IMG/VR virus record: IMGVR_UViG_3300003690_003399
Span: 16,076 to 80,075 of that record
DNA from: a virus
Reading direction: 5' to 3' (one strand)
DNA: 64,000 nt
The notes beneath the pieces were generated by a model that was not told where the DNA came from, did not search any database, and was given only the letters and a program-made list of their open reading frames with translations. Made by a program: the position numbers and the translations under genes. Below are positions 1 to 9,337 of this stretch, piece by piece (the first letter of the stretch is position 1; each line of letters begins with the position of its first letter).

Positions 1-2
1 TA

Positions 3-1040
3 TTGATTGTTGGTACTGGCACAATTGGAGAACCTCTTATTGGTCTCCTGGCAGACTTCAGAAAAAAATTAAATATTGGACATGTGATATTTCACAAGCG
101 CACCCCCCTAGTAGACGAAGTGGCAAAAGTTAATAGTTTAATAAAAAGAGGTGCGAGACTGGCTGTAAATGAGGATCTGATTCCAGCTTTTAAAGACCTG
201 GGGCACGATGTAAAATATGATTTCCAGACAGCGTTGAAGGCGGCGGATGTTGTAATTGACTGCACCCCCGCTGGCAATGAACATAAAAAGAAGCATTACG
301 TAAAATACCCAGGCAAAACTTTTATAGCACAAGGAAGCGAAAAGGGATTTGGAGTGCCATATGCACACGGCATCAATGACGAGGTACTCGATAAGAAACC
401 AGCTTTCATTCAAGTTGTTAGTTGTAACACACACAATATTGCTTCTATTTTAAATTCAATCGACCCAAGCGTTGCTAGCATAGAGCGTGGAGACTTTGTT
501 TGTATTCGGAGAGCTAACGATATAAGCCAAGAAGGGGGCTTTATACCTTCCCCACAGGTAGGCGCCCACGATTCTGAAAAATTTGGTACCCACCACGCCA
601 AAGATGCATATGACCTGTTTCGCGCGAAGGAAAAGTTTGTTAATATTTTTTCAAGCGCCCTTAAAGTTAATTCTCAATATATGCATATTATTCGCTTTAA
701 TGTGGTAGCTTATGGATACATATCAAAAGAAAATTTAATTAATCGCTTTAGAGAGAATAAGTTTGTAGCACTCACCCACAAAGAAGCTACAAATAGAGTA
801 TTTTCTTTTGGGAGAGACCATGGATATTATGGACGTATTTTTAATCAAACGGTAATATCAATACCAACCCTCGCAGTCGAGAATCTACCGGGCAAAACAA
901 AAATAAGTGGATTTTGCTTCACGCCACAAGATGGAAACTCACTTCTCAGCAGCGTTGCGGCCGCACTATACGGAATATACGAAGAAGAATATCTTTCTAA
1001 AATGAAGTTATTTGATGATTTTCTTTTTGCGGAGATCTAA
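3..1040 (+). CDS. Class II (archaeal-type) glyceraldehyde-3-phosphate dehydrogenase-like protein, probably 5'-truncated by the window edge
   Basis: Rossmann motif IVGTGTIG, VIDCTP, FIAQGSEK, catalytic VVSCNT, RRAND and HH motifs match class II GAPDH. Confidence 0.75.
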   Translation: MIVGTGTIGEPLIGLLADFRKKLNIGHVIFHKRTPLVDEVAKVNSLIKRGARLAVNEDLIPAFKDLGHDVKYDFQTALKAADVVIDCTPAGNEHKKKHYVKYPGKTFIAQGSEKGFGVPYAHGINDEVLDKKPAFIQVVSCNTHNIASILNSIDPSVASIERGDFVCIRRANDISQEGGFIPSPQVGAHDSEKFGTHHAKDAYDLFRAKEKFVNIFSSALKVNSQYMHIIRFNVVAYGYISKENLINRFRENKFVALTHKEATNRVFSFGRDHGYYGRIFNQTVISIPTLAVENLPGKTKISGFCFTPQDGNSLLSSVAAALYGIYEEEYLSKMKLFDDFLFAEI

Positions 1041-1366
1041 TGAAATTTAATCGTAGCTACGTTTGCGAACCAAATAATATATCGATAACAGCTGAAAACA
1101 CTCCCCACCACAGCAAGGGAATCAAACTTATTTTTTATTTTGACAATAAAGAAGCATTTGCCACAACACAAGGTTTACCAACATATATTCCCGATAATGA
1201 TGATATTGATAATATAGTTCGTTCCTATTGTAATTTGATAAAAGGCTGTACTAAAAGGTATATACAAGACAGATTTCCAACAGATAAAGTAATGGTAATC
1301 ATGTTAGTAAATAAATCTTTAAAGACGGTGCGCGCAAAAACTGGAAAGCTAATTTGGAGAAGCTAG
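1040..1366 (+). CDS. Hypothetical protein
   Basis: 108 aa ORF with TAATG overlap to the upstream gene. Confidence 0.6.
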   Translation: MKFNRSYVCEPNNISITAENTPHHSKGIKLIFYFDNKEAFATTQGLPTYIPDNDDIDNIVRSYCNLIKGCTKRYIQDRFPTDKVMVIMLVNKSLKTVRAKTGKLIWRS

Positions 1367-2110
1367 CTAAAGGTGATAATATTTAGCACTTTTTTCTTCA
1401 ATAAAGTCCATCAATGAGTTATAAGGTGGCCCAATAGAAATTTGAGGAAATCTTCTAAGTAACGAGTGAATTAACCCTATTAATTCAAATTTATCATTTA
1501 AAACCATTGATCCTGAAGATCCCGGCGCCGCCATCAAAGTGTAGACAGAAACGCGATCAAGGCCCCATTTGTTAGTGGCTTCTCCGTTATAAAAACCCTC
1601 ATTGATTGGCACCATTTGATAATCGAATATTCCTATGGGCGCGCCAATATTGTATATACGGGATCCAGGCAATGGCTTGTATGCCGCAACCTTTAGTGGG
1701 GGCCTACGTAAGTCTTTAGAGAAGAGCATACATATATCACTAGCATTATCTTTTGTTAATAAACGGGCTTTATATTTTTTACCATCAATATCGATCAATT
1801 TAAATGTGGTATAAAAAGCGGTGGGCGCCGAAGTGCAAACATGAGCAGCGGTTATAACTAAACTTCCATTATTGGTATTTTTTATTACAAAGCCAGATCC
1901 GATATAATGAGCAGTCTGGCCAATTTTAAAACATCTCTTAAAAAGACATATTTTACTTTCTTCCTTCACAGTCACAAACATAAAAGATTCGCGAGGTAAA
2001 TTATGAGCCGTTTCTTCTGCGGTATAGTTATAAGTATTTCTATGATGGTGGTGAGTATATGTACAAGTCATCAAAAAAAGAACTAATAAAGGCATTAGAA
2101 ATTTTTTCAT
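1367..2110 (-). CDS. Exported trypsin-like (S1) serine protease, possible lipoprotein
   Basis: Signal peptide MKKFLMPLLVLFLMTC; GSGF, TAAHV (His), DICML (Asp), PGSSG (Ser). Confidence 0.9.
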   Translation of the reverse strand: MKKFLMPLLVLFLMTCTYTHHHHRNTYNYTAEETAHNLPRESFMFVTVKEESKICLFKRCFKIGQTAHYIGSGFVIKNTNNGSLVITAAHVCTSAPTAFYTTFKLIDIDGKKYKARLLTKDNASDICMLFSKDLRRPPLKVAAYKPLPGSRIYNIGAPIGIFDYQMVPINEGFYNGEATNKWGLDRVSVYTLMAAPGSSGSMVLNDKFELIGLIHSLLRRFPQISIGPPYNSLMDFIEEKSAKYYHL

Positions 2111-2571
2111 TTCTTAGCCAACTCCAATTTCCATTTTATTTTAACACTTTTCTTCCCATTCTTATCTTTGAATTCCTTTTCTTCATATTCTGCAACCACT
2201 CTCATTCCTTTATTTGTCCACTTTGCAACCACCTTTTCAGGATCCATTTCAGGATAGCGACCCATTACTACGTCAATTATAAATTGTATACTTGCTTTAA
2301 TAAGAGCTGCATCTTCTGTTTCATATCGCGTGACTACATGCTTTTTTTTATCCTTATGAATTTTATCCAACCAAACAAGACATCTTGCAAATTTGGGTAA
2401 AATTTGCATTTTAATTGAGGCCTCCTGTGATGCGCTAACTTCATATAAAAATCCTTTAATGGCATATACCTGGTCGTTATCCATGGGGGTACAACCCTTC
2501 TCACATAAGGCGATTTTAGCTTGCGCTATAGTCGGGATAAGTAAGAATGTAACTATCAATGCTTTTTTCAT
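2107..2571 (-). CDS. Secreted hypothetical protein
   Basis: Sec signal MKKALIVTFLLIPTIAQA; AGGAG upstream on the minus strand; ATGA overlap with the protease gene. Confidence 0.75.
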   Translation of the reverse strand: MKKALIVTFLLIPTIAQAKIALCEKGCTPMDNDQVYAIKGFLYEVSASQEASIKMQILPKFARCLVWLDKIHKDKKKHVVTRYETEDAALIKASIQFIIDVVMGRYPEMDPEKVVAKWTNKGMRVVAEYEEKEFKDKNGKKSVKIKWKLELAKK

Positions 2572-2645
2572 TTTTAAAAAGTCTCCTAATAATAACTATG
2601 AATGAATTAAAACAACAGTTCTTTTTCTTATTAAAATAATTAAAA

Positions 2646-2654
2646 CTATTTATA
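2646..2654 (+). promoter_or_regulatory. Candidate phage promoter motif CTATTTATA
   Basis: CTA(A/T)TTA recurs 25-35 nt upstream of starts in several intergenic gaps. Confidence 0.4.
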
Positions 2655-2680
2655 ATGTGTATTAAATACAAATTATTTAT

Positions 2681-3997
2681 ATGGCGAAGAAAACTTATAT
2701 CCTAGACACAAGCGTGTATTTGACAGACGCTACCGCAATAACGGCTTACCACAATAATGATATAATTATTCCATTTAAAGTGTTGGAAGAAATTGATAAG
2801 CACAAAAAACGACAAGACAACGTTGGTTCTAATGCTCGAAGAACAATTCGGACGTTAGATTCACTAAGAGAACGAGGGTCTTTATATAAAGGTGTTCGTT
2901 TAGCCAAGGGCAAAGGAATCGTCTTTGTTAAAAGCTGTGATAAGATCACAAAAAATTTAGATTTATTTGTCGCAGACAATGAAATAATTACAGTTGCGTT
3001 AGAAGAACAACAACGAAACCCCCAAAGAAAAGTAATTCTTGTTTCACGCGATATTAATATGCGCGTTAAATGTGATGCGTTGGGTCTTTTAACAGAGGAT
3101 TACATTATTAATCAAGTAGTTGAAGATACGGATCATTTATATACAGGCTTTAAAACACACCTCGTTGATGAACAAACTATTGATCAATTTTATAATGGTG
3201 AAAAAATTTACTTAGATAAAGAAGAAGTTAAATTACAGCCAAATCATTTTTTGATGCTAGTTTCAAATTCGAATGAAAAGAAAACAGCACTTGCAAGATT
3301 TTATAGTTATTCGAAACCACTTAAAAGGATTAATGGAGAATACAAACAGGGAATATGGAGCGTTCGTCCCCGGAATAAAGAACAAAGCTTCGCTTTTGAA
3401 TTATTGATGGATCCAGATATACGAGTTGTAACATTAGTTGGAAAAGCCGGCAGCGGCAAAACGCTTTTGACAATTGCTGCAGGCCTTGCACAAGTTGTGG
3501 AAGAGTCAAAAGAATCTATATACAAAAGATTAATTATTTCACGCCCAATTGAACCCTTGGGCAAAGATATTGGTTATTTACCAGGAACTATGGAAGAAAA
3601 AATGATGCCATGGTTAAGCCCAATCCAAGATAATTTAAGATATTTAATGGGGAACGATAAAGAAACCTTAAGAATGTATACTTCACAAGGTATAATAGAA
3701 ATTGAAGCTTTGACTTACATAAGAGGCCGGTCAATTGCAGATGCCTTTATTATAATTGACGAAGCGCAAAACTTGACAGCACACGAATTAAAGACTATAA
3801 TTACAAGAGTGGGCGAAAACACAAAAGTTATACTAACTGGAGATATCGATCAAATTGATAATGCCTATGTTGACGAAACGTCAAATGGACTAGCATATGC
3901 AGTTGAAAAATTTAAGAGTCATAGCATAGCAGGACATATTACACTAGTTAAAGGTGAAAGATCTAAAGTTGCGACACTAGCAGCAAAAATTCTTTAA
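2681..3997 (+). CDS. phoH: PhoH-family ATPase with N-terminal PIN domain
   Basis: PIN motifs ILDTSV, EEID, DN, SRD; Walker A GKAGSGKT; GYLPG, YIRGRS, IIDEAQN, GDIDQID. Confidence 0.95.
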   Translation: MAKKTYILDTSVYLTDATAITAYHNNDIIIPFKVLEEIDKHKKRQDNVGSNARRTIRTLDSLRERGSLYKGVRLAKGKGIVFVKSCDKITKNLDLFVADNEIITVALEEQQRNPQRKVILVSRDINMRVKCDALGLLTEDYIINQVVEDTDHLYTGFKTHLVDEQTIDQFYNGEKIYLDKEEVKLQPNHFLMLVSNSNEKKTALARFYSYSKPLKRINGEYKQGIWSVRPRNKEQSFAFELLMDPDIRVVTLVGKAGSGKTLLTIAAGLAQVVEESKESIYKRLIISRPIEPLGKDIGYLPGTMEEKMMPWLSPIQDNLRYLMGNDKETLRMYTSQGIIEIEALTYIRGRSIADAFIIIDEAQNLTAHELKTIITRVGENTKVILTGDIDQIDNAYVDETSNGLAYAVEKFKSHSIAGHITLVKGERSKVATLAAKIL

Positions 3998-4002
3998 AAA
4001 AC

Positions 4003-4031
4003 TTGACAAGGTAATATATTATATATATAAT
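4003..4031 (+). promoter_or_regulatory. Sigma70-type promoter, perfect consensus
   Basis: TTGACA (4003-4008), 17 nt spacer, TATAAT (4026-4031). Confidence 0.85.
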
Positions 4032-4041
4032 GGAGATAAAT

Positions 4042-4308
4042 ATGAGTATTGAAAATGAAAATCCAGATCTGCTTAAGCCAGTAGAGAAATCGAATGAACT
4101 AAAAGAGTGGCTTGTAGACTACGTAGGAAACAAATATGATCCAGATTCTGAAGAAGTAAATGTAGAAATGATTATTAAAACAATGGCTGACGAGTTTCCT
4201 GAATTTCTTTTAATTTTAGCCGAAGAAAATTTTATACGAGGATACCAACAAGCCATGGCTGACATCGATGAAGGAGAAAAGTTGATGAGAAAAGAAGGGC
4301 TGATCTAA
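4042..4308 (+). CDS. Hypothetical acidic protein (start revised from 4030)
   Basis: ATG 4030 overlaps the -10 box; ATG 4042 follows GGAG. Confidence 0.75.
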   Translation: MSIENENPDLLKPVEKSNELKEWLVDYVGNKYDPDSEEVNVEMIIKTMADEFPEFLLILAEENFIRGYQQAMADIDEGEKLMRKEGLI

Positions 4309-4310
4309 CA

Positions 4311-5012
4311 ATGAACTATATTTCGGAAAGTGCCGAGAGGGCGAAAAATAATAGTAGAGAAAAATATATTTATGGAGATAAATTAGTTTACATAAAAGAT
4401 CAATTGCCTTATGGATTTGATTTAGATTACGTACTCAAAACAATTGAGAATTTGATTCCGCGTAATTTTTTTGAAAACATTGATTCAATTTATATAGGAA
4501 AGTTTAAAGACTTTGAAAATGGAGACCTCCCCTTTAACGCAAAATACAAAGACAACGCTTTATATGTTACAAACAAACAAGATAACGAAAATGATATGAT
4601 GGATGATATTATACATGAAGTAGCACATGCTGTCGAAGAACGTTTTGGAGACCAAATTTATTCTGATTTTACAATAGAGAATGAATTCAAAGGCAAAAAG
4701 CGCACCCTTTATCACCTTTTAGATCAGGAGGGCTATGAACCTTCTTTAGAACAATTTGATAATGTTGAATATGACAAACATTTTGATCGATATCTTTATA
4801 AAGTAGTAGAATACCCCACCCTTAGTACTTTAACGACGGGCCTATTTTATTCTCCCTATGCGATAACCTCACTTAGAGAATATTTCGCCAACGGGTTCGA
4901 GAACTACTTTTTAAGAGACAAAAGCTATTTAAAGAAAATAAGCCCAGCAGTATATAGCAATATTGCTGATTTATTAGATAAACAATTAGGAGAAGAAAAA
5001 AATGAATATTGA
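4311..5012 (+). CDS. Zincin-like metallopeptidase
   Basis: HEVAH (HExxH) plus downstream EYFA third ligand. Confidence 0.65.
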   Translation: MNYISESAERAKNNSREKYIYGDKLVYIKDQLPYGFDLDYVLKTIENLIPRNFFENIDSIYIGKFKDFENGDLPFNAKYKDNALYVTNKQDNENDMMDDIIHEVAHAVEERFGDQIYSDFTIENEFKGKKRTLYHLLDQEGYEPSLEQFDNVEYDKHFDRYLYKVVEYPTLSTLTTGLFYSPYAITSLREYFANGFENYFLRDKSYLKKISPAVYSNIADLLDKQLGEEKNEY

Positions 5013-5319
5013 GTTCATTAATGAAAATACTGTTAAAATAAATGCATCAATGCATTGGTCGGGCCAAAGACCGCCGTCACCTCAGAGGAGCTTTATAAAA
5101 AAATCTGATGTGGCTAGAAAGTTTAACGAAAAGCACCGACGCTATGAAATTAAAAATATTACCGGTCCAGACGAGATATGTAACTTTAGAGGAGAAGGGC
5201 ATTCTAAAGGTGAATGGATTCTCACCGTCGAGAAGACGACACCCAAAAAAGTTTTCCCCAGACCTACCATCACTACAGTTAAACCATCTACAAAAAAGAC
5301 CACCAAGAAAGGTGCATAG
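5002..5319 (+). CDS. Hypothetical protein with Lys/Thr-rich tail
   Basis: AGGAG upstream; overlaps both neighbours in-operon. Confidence 0.65.
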   Translation: MNIEFINENTVKINASMHWSGQRPPSPQRSFIKKSDVARKFNEKHRRYEIKNITGPDEICNFRGEGHSKGEWILTVEKTTPKKVFPRPTITTVKPSTKKTTKKGA

Positions 5320-6095
5320 TGCCACATATATCTTTTTCAGAACTGAAATTATGGAATGAGTGCCCCTGGAAACACAAATTAGTCTATTTAGATGGGATTA
5401 AAGTTTTCGAGGGCAATGAGCATACTGCTTTCGGCACTGCCGTTCATTCAACCTGTGAACAGTTAGTCGAAAACAATATTAAAAATGCGGCCGAATACTT
5501 TCAGGAACAATTTTTGAAAGAACTGAAAGAACTTCCAGAAGGCTACGATCTCAAAAAAGACCTTATAGCCAGTATGCGCATGCAAGGATGTATGCTGACT
5601 GGTCATATACTGCCTTCACTAAAAGAATATTTTGGCCAATATACTATGATTTCTGTGGAAGAGAAACTATATGAAGACATCGAAAGGTACGATGATTATA
5701 GTTTTAAAGGGTATATCGATTTAGTTTTAAAGACTTCAGATGGAAAATATCATATCATTGACTGGAAAACATGTTCGTGGGGATGGGACACGAGACGTAA
5801 AAGCGAAAGAATGACGACATATCAATTAACACTATATAAGCATTTCTTTTGCGCAAAACACAATATAAATCCATCAGATGTAACTACACATTTTGCATTG
5901 CTTAAAAGAACAGCTAAAAAAAATAATATAGAAATATTTAAGGTTACAAGCGGTAACAAAAAAACTGAAAATGCCCTTAAATTATTGAATAAATCTCTTT
6001 ATAATTTAACTAATAAAAATTATATTAAAAATCGCATGGCATGCCAAGGAAAATTTGGTCTTTGCGAATTTTTTAAATCACAAAATTGTAACTAA
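5319..6095 (+). CDS. PD-(D/E)XK nuclease, RecB/AddB/Cas4-like, with probable Fe-S cluster
   Basis: ISFS, CP, GTAVH, VEE, GYIDLV, IIDWKT, QLTLY; three C-terminal Cys; GTG start. Confidence 0.9.
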   Translation: MPHISFSELKLWNECPWKHKLVYLDGIKVFEGNEHTAFGTAVHSTCEQLVENNIKNAAEYFQEQFLKELKELPEGYDLKKDLIASMRMQGCMLTGHILPSLKEYFGQYTMISVEEKLYEDIERYDDYSFKGYIDLVLKTSDGKYHIIDWKTCSWGWDTRRKSERMTTYQLTLYKHFFCAKHNINPSDVTTHFALLKRTAKKNNIEIFKVTSGNKKTENALKLLNKSLYNLTNKNYIKNRMACQGKFGLCEFFKSQNCN

Positions 6096-6104
6096 AAGGC
6101 CAAC

Positions 6105-7373
6105 ATGAGCGAAAAAATTAAGATCATGACCATTAGTGATATGCCTTTCGCGCCTTCTGGCGTGGGCACGCAAACAAGATATATCATCGAAGGCATGTTA
6201 AAGACCGGTAAATACCAATTTGTTAGTTTAGGCGGAGCTATGAAACACCCCAATCATAATCCAATTAGGACAGAAGAGTGGGGCGATGATTGGGTCACAT
6301 TTCCTGTTGATGGATACGGTTCACAAGAGATTGTGAGATCTATCCTGCGACAGGAAAGACCCCATATTCTTTGGTTTATGACTGATCCACGTTTTTGGGG
6401 CTGGCTGTGGGAAATGGAAAATGAAATCCGCCCATTAGTTCCTATGATATATTACCACGTTTGGGATAACTACCCTTATCCCACTTATAATAAAAAGTTT
6501 TATGAATCAAACGACTTGATTGCAACCATCTCCAAAGTAACTGATGATATCGTTAAAACAGTTGCCCCCTCAGTAAAAACAATCTATTTGCCACACGCAG
6601 TTAACACGGAAGCATTTAAAAAGTATGATGAAGAAAAGGTTAAACCATTTATTATGAATAGTTTTGGCGACAAATATGATCCAGATAAATTCATTTTCTT
6701 TTGGAATAACAGAAATGCGCGCCGAAAACAAAGCGGTTCATTAATTTTTTGGTTCAAAAAGTTTTTAGATAAAGTAGGACACAATAAAGCATCTTTAGTA
6801 ATGCACACTGATATTAAAGACGCGCACGGGCAAGATCTCGAAGCCATTATTCAGCACCTAGGAATAAACAATGGAGAAGTAATGTTCTCACAACAAAAAA
6901 TAGAACCAGAAATGTTAGCGCTTTTATATAATATGGCTGATTGCACTATTAATATATCAGACGCAGAAGGCTTTGGTCTCTCAACTTTAGAATCATTAGC
7001 ATGCGAAACTCCAATAATTGTCAATATGACGGGAGGGCTTAAAGAACAAGTAACAGATGGTAAAAAATGGTTTGGTATCGGTGTAGAGCCAACATCTAAA
7101 GGAGTAATTGGTTCCCAAGAAATATCATGGATTTATGAAGATCGTCTCTCAGAAGAAGTGGTAGTCAACGCATTACTAGAAATATACAATAAACCAAAAG
7201 AAGAGAGAGATGAGCTAGGTCGTAAAGGGCGAGAGCACGTGATGACTAACTATAATTTTGATGACTTCATTCAAAAGTGGGATGAGTTATTTACGATGGT
7301 TTATGAAGAATACGGTTCTTGGGATACACGCAAACCGCATAACGACCGCTGGATTCTAAAGGAGATCGCATGA
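6105..7373 (+). CDS. Glycosyltransferase, GT4 (GT-B)
   Basis: SGVG, PHAVN, RRKQ and EGFGLSTLE (E-x7-E). Confidence 0.92.
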   Translation: MSEKIKIMTISDMPFAPSGVGTQTRYIIEGMLKTGKYQFVSLGGAMKHPNHNPIRTEEWGDDWVTFPVDGYGSQEIVRSILRQERPHILWFMTDPRFWGWLWEMENEIRPLVPMIYYHVWDNYPYPTYNKKFYESNDLIATISKVTDDIVKTVAPSVKTIYLPHAVNTEAFKKYDEEKVKPFIMNSFGDKYDPDKFIFFWNNRNARRKQSGSLIFWFKKFLDKVGHNKASLVMHTDIKDAHGQDLEAIIQHLGINNGEVMFSQQKIEPEMLALLYNMADCTINISDAEGFGLSTLESLACETPIIVNMTGGLKEQVTDGKKWFGIGVEPTSKGVIGSQEISWIYEDRLSEEVVVNALLEIYNKPKEERDELGRKGREHVMTNYNFDDFIQKWDELFTMVYEEYGSWDTRKPHNDRWILKEIA

Positions 7374-8380
7374 AAAAAAAAGTATTAGTTCGAGCCCCAG
7401 TTTTGACACGCTCTGGTTATGGAGAGCATTCTAGATTTGTTTTGCGATCTTTGCGCACACAAGAAGATAAGTTGGATATATATCTACTACCAGTCTCTTG
7501 GGGTCAGTGCGGTTGGATTTACAACGACGACGAAGAAAGACTATGGCTGGATCGCCTCATCACCAAAACCGCTCAATATCATCAACAACAAGAAAATCCT
7601 CAGTACGATATAAGCATTCAAGTTACTATACCAAATGAATGGGAAAAAATGGCACCTGTTAATATTGGTGTCACGGCTGGTATCGAAACTAATCGAACTG
7701 CTCCGATTTGGCTTGAAAAAGCGAATATGATGGATAAAGTTATAACAATTTCTAGTCATTCAAAAAATGTTTTTTTGGATACAGTATATGATGCAGTACA
7801 TAAAGAAAGTGGTCAAAAGCTTCAATTGAGGTGCAACAAACCGGTAGAAGTTGTACACTACCCTGTAAAAGAGTTTGAAAGTATAAATCTTAATTTAAAA
7901 TTGAAGACTGATTTTAACTTTTTAGCGGTTGCTCAATGGGGCCCCCGAAAAAATTTAGAAAACACAATCAGATGGTTTGTAGAAGAATTTATCGATCAGC
8001 CTGTTGGTCTCGTTGTTAAAACTTTCAGGAAAGGCAACTCTATTATTGACCGCGCGCATATTGATACCCTAATTACAAATTTATTAAAAAGCTATGAGAA
8101 CAGAGAGTGTAAGATCTATTTATTACATGGAGATATGACAGACGAAGAGTTACATTCTCTTTATAAACATCCAAAAATTAAAGCATTTATTTCGCTTGCT
8201 CACGGAGAAGGGTTCGGGCTACCACAGTTTGAAGCCGCATATTCGGGACTTCCCGTAATAGCGCCAGAATGGAGCGGCTATCTTGATTTTCTTTGCGCGC
8301 CTAAAAGAGATAAAAAGACGGGGAAAGAAAAAATTAAACCATATTTCGCATGTGTAGATCCCACAACAAGGTTCATATAA
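7370..8380 (+). CDS. Glycosyltransferase GT4, apparently frameshifted near its C-terminus
   Basis: SGYG, PRKN, EGFGLPQFE; frame ends shortly after; +1 frame is open into the 8382 ORF. Confidence 0.85.
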   Translation: MKKKVLVRAPVLTRSGYGEHSRFVLRSLRTQEDKLDIYLLPVSWGQCGWIYNDDEERLWLDRLITKTAQYHQQQENPQYDISIQVTIPNEWEKMAPVNIGVTAGIETNRTAPIWLEKANMMDKVITISSHSKNVFLDTVYDAVHKESGQKLQLRCNKPVEVVHYPVKEFESINLNLKLKTDFNFLAVAQWGPRKNLENTIRWFVEEFIDQPVGLVVKTFRKGNSIIDRAHIDTLITNLLKSYENRECKIYLLHGDMTDEELHSLYKHPKIKAFISLAHGEGFGLPQFEAAYSGLPVIAPEWSGYLDFLCAPKRDKKTGKEKIKPYFACVDPTTRFI

Positions 8381-8381
8381 A

Positions 8382-9335
8382 ATGAAGCTTCGAGAAGTTT
8401 ATAAAGATCATGGAAGATTCAAGAAACAAGCAAAAAATTTACAAAAATGGATTCTGGAAAACTTTGCAAGCGAAAAACAGTATTCATTACTTATAGAGAA
8501 TATTTTCGATAAAGAATTTTTAAAAGCTTTTGATTATAAGAAAGTCAGTATTAATGAGATCCCCAAAATAAGTTTAATCACATCGGTTTTTAAGGCCGAT
8601 GATTATATTGAACAGCTAATGGAAGATGTCACTAGACAAACCATTTTTGAAGATAAATGTGAATGGATTATTTTAAATGCTAACGAAAAGGGTCACGATT
8701 ATGAAGAAAAAGTCATTCTTAAGTATGCAGAAAAATATCCTAATAACATAATTTACAAACGATTGGAAAAAGATCCGGGCGTTTATGATACTTGGAACAT
8801 GGCAATTGAAATGTCGACCGGCGAATATATTACAAATGTTAATTGCGATGATCGTCGACGACCGGATGGTCTAGAAGAACAAGCGAAATTGCTTACATAC
8901 AATTCAGATATTGATCTAGTTTATAATGATTCTTATATTGTACGCGAACCTAATATGAAGTGGGAAGACATAAGCCTAGAAACTTCAAGGTATAATTTCG
9001 ATCAGTTCTCTAAAGAAGCGATGTTAAGAGGCAACCTTCCTCATAACAATCCCATGTGGAGAAAATCTCTTCATCAAAAGAATGGCTTTTTTAATCAAAA
9101 ATATAGATCTGCCGCTGACTGGGATTTGTGGTTAAGATGTGCGTTTAATGGCGCCAAATATTTGAAACATCCTGAAATATTAGGAGTTTATTATTATAAT
9201 CCAACTGGGGTCTCCACCAATCCAGAGCACGATTCCTGGAAAAAAGAAGAGGAAAAAGAAATATGGACGGTATACCGTAAAAAACTGCAACAAGAAAAGG
9301 AAGACGAATCAACACCAGAGAGTATTATTTTATAA
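8382..9335 (+). CDS. Glycosyltransferase GT2, preceded by a likely GT4 C-terminal remnant
   Basis: PKISLITS, QT, N..I...GEYI..NCDD, DWDLWLR. Confidence 0.88.
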   Translation: MKLREVYKDHGRFKKQAKNLQKWILENFASEKQYSLLIENIFDKEFLKAFDYKKVSINEIPKISLITSVFKADDYIEQLMEDVTRQTIFEDKCEWIILNANEKGHDYEEKVILKYAEKYPNNIIYKRLEKDPGVYDTWNMAIEMSTGEYITNVNCDDRRRPDGLEEQAKLLTYNSDIDLVYNDSYIVREPNMKWEDISLETSRYNFDQFSKEAMLRGNLPHNNPMWRKSLHQKNGFFNQKYRSAADWDLWLRCAFNGAKYLKHPEILGVYYYNPTGVSTNPEHDSWKKEEEKEIWTVYRKKLQQEKEDESTPESIIL

Positions 9336-9337
9336 AA

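Noticed and set aside
3-1040. Archaeal genome or archaeal virus origin
   Set aside because: Sigma70 promoters, kdsA/kdsB and a murein endopeptidase indicate a bacterial host
5319-6095. cas4 of a CRISPR-Cas locus
   Set aside because: No cas1, cas2 or array nearby; solo nucleases of this type are common in phages
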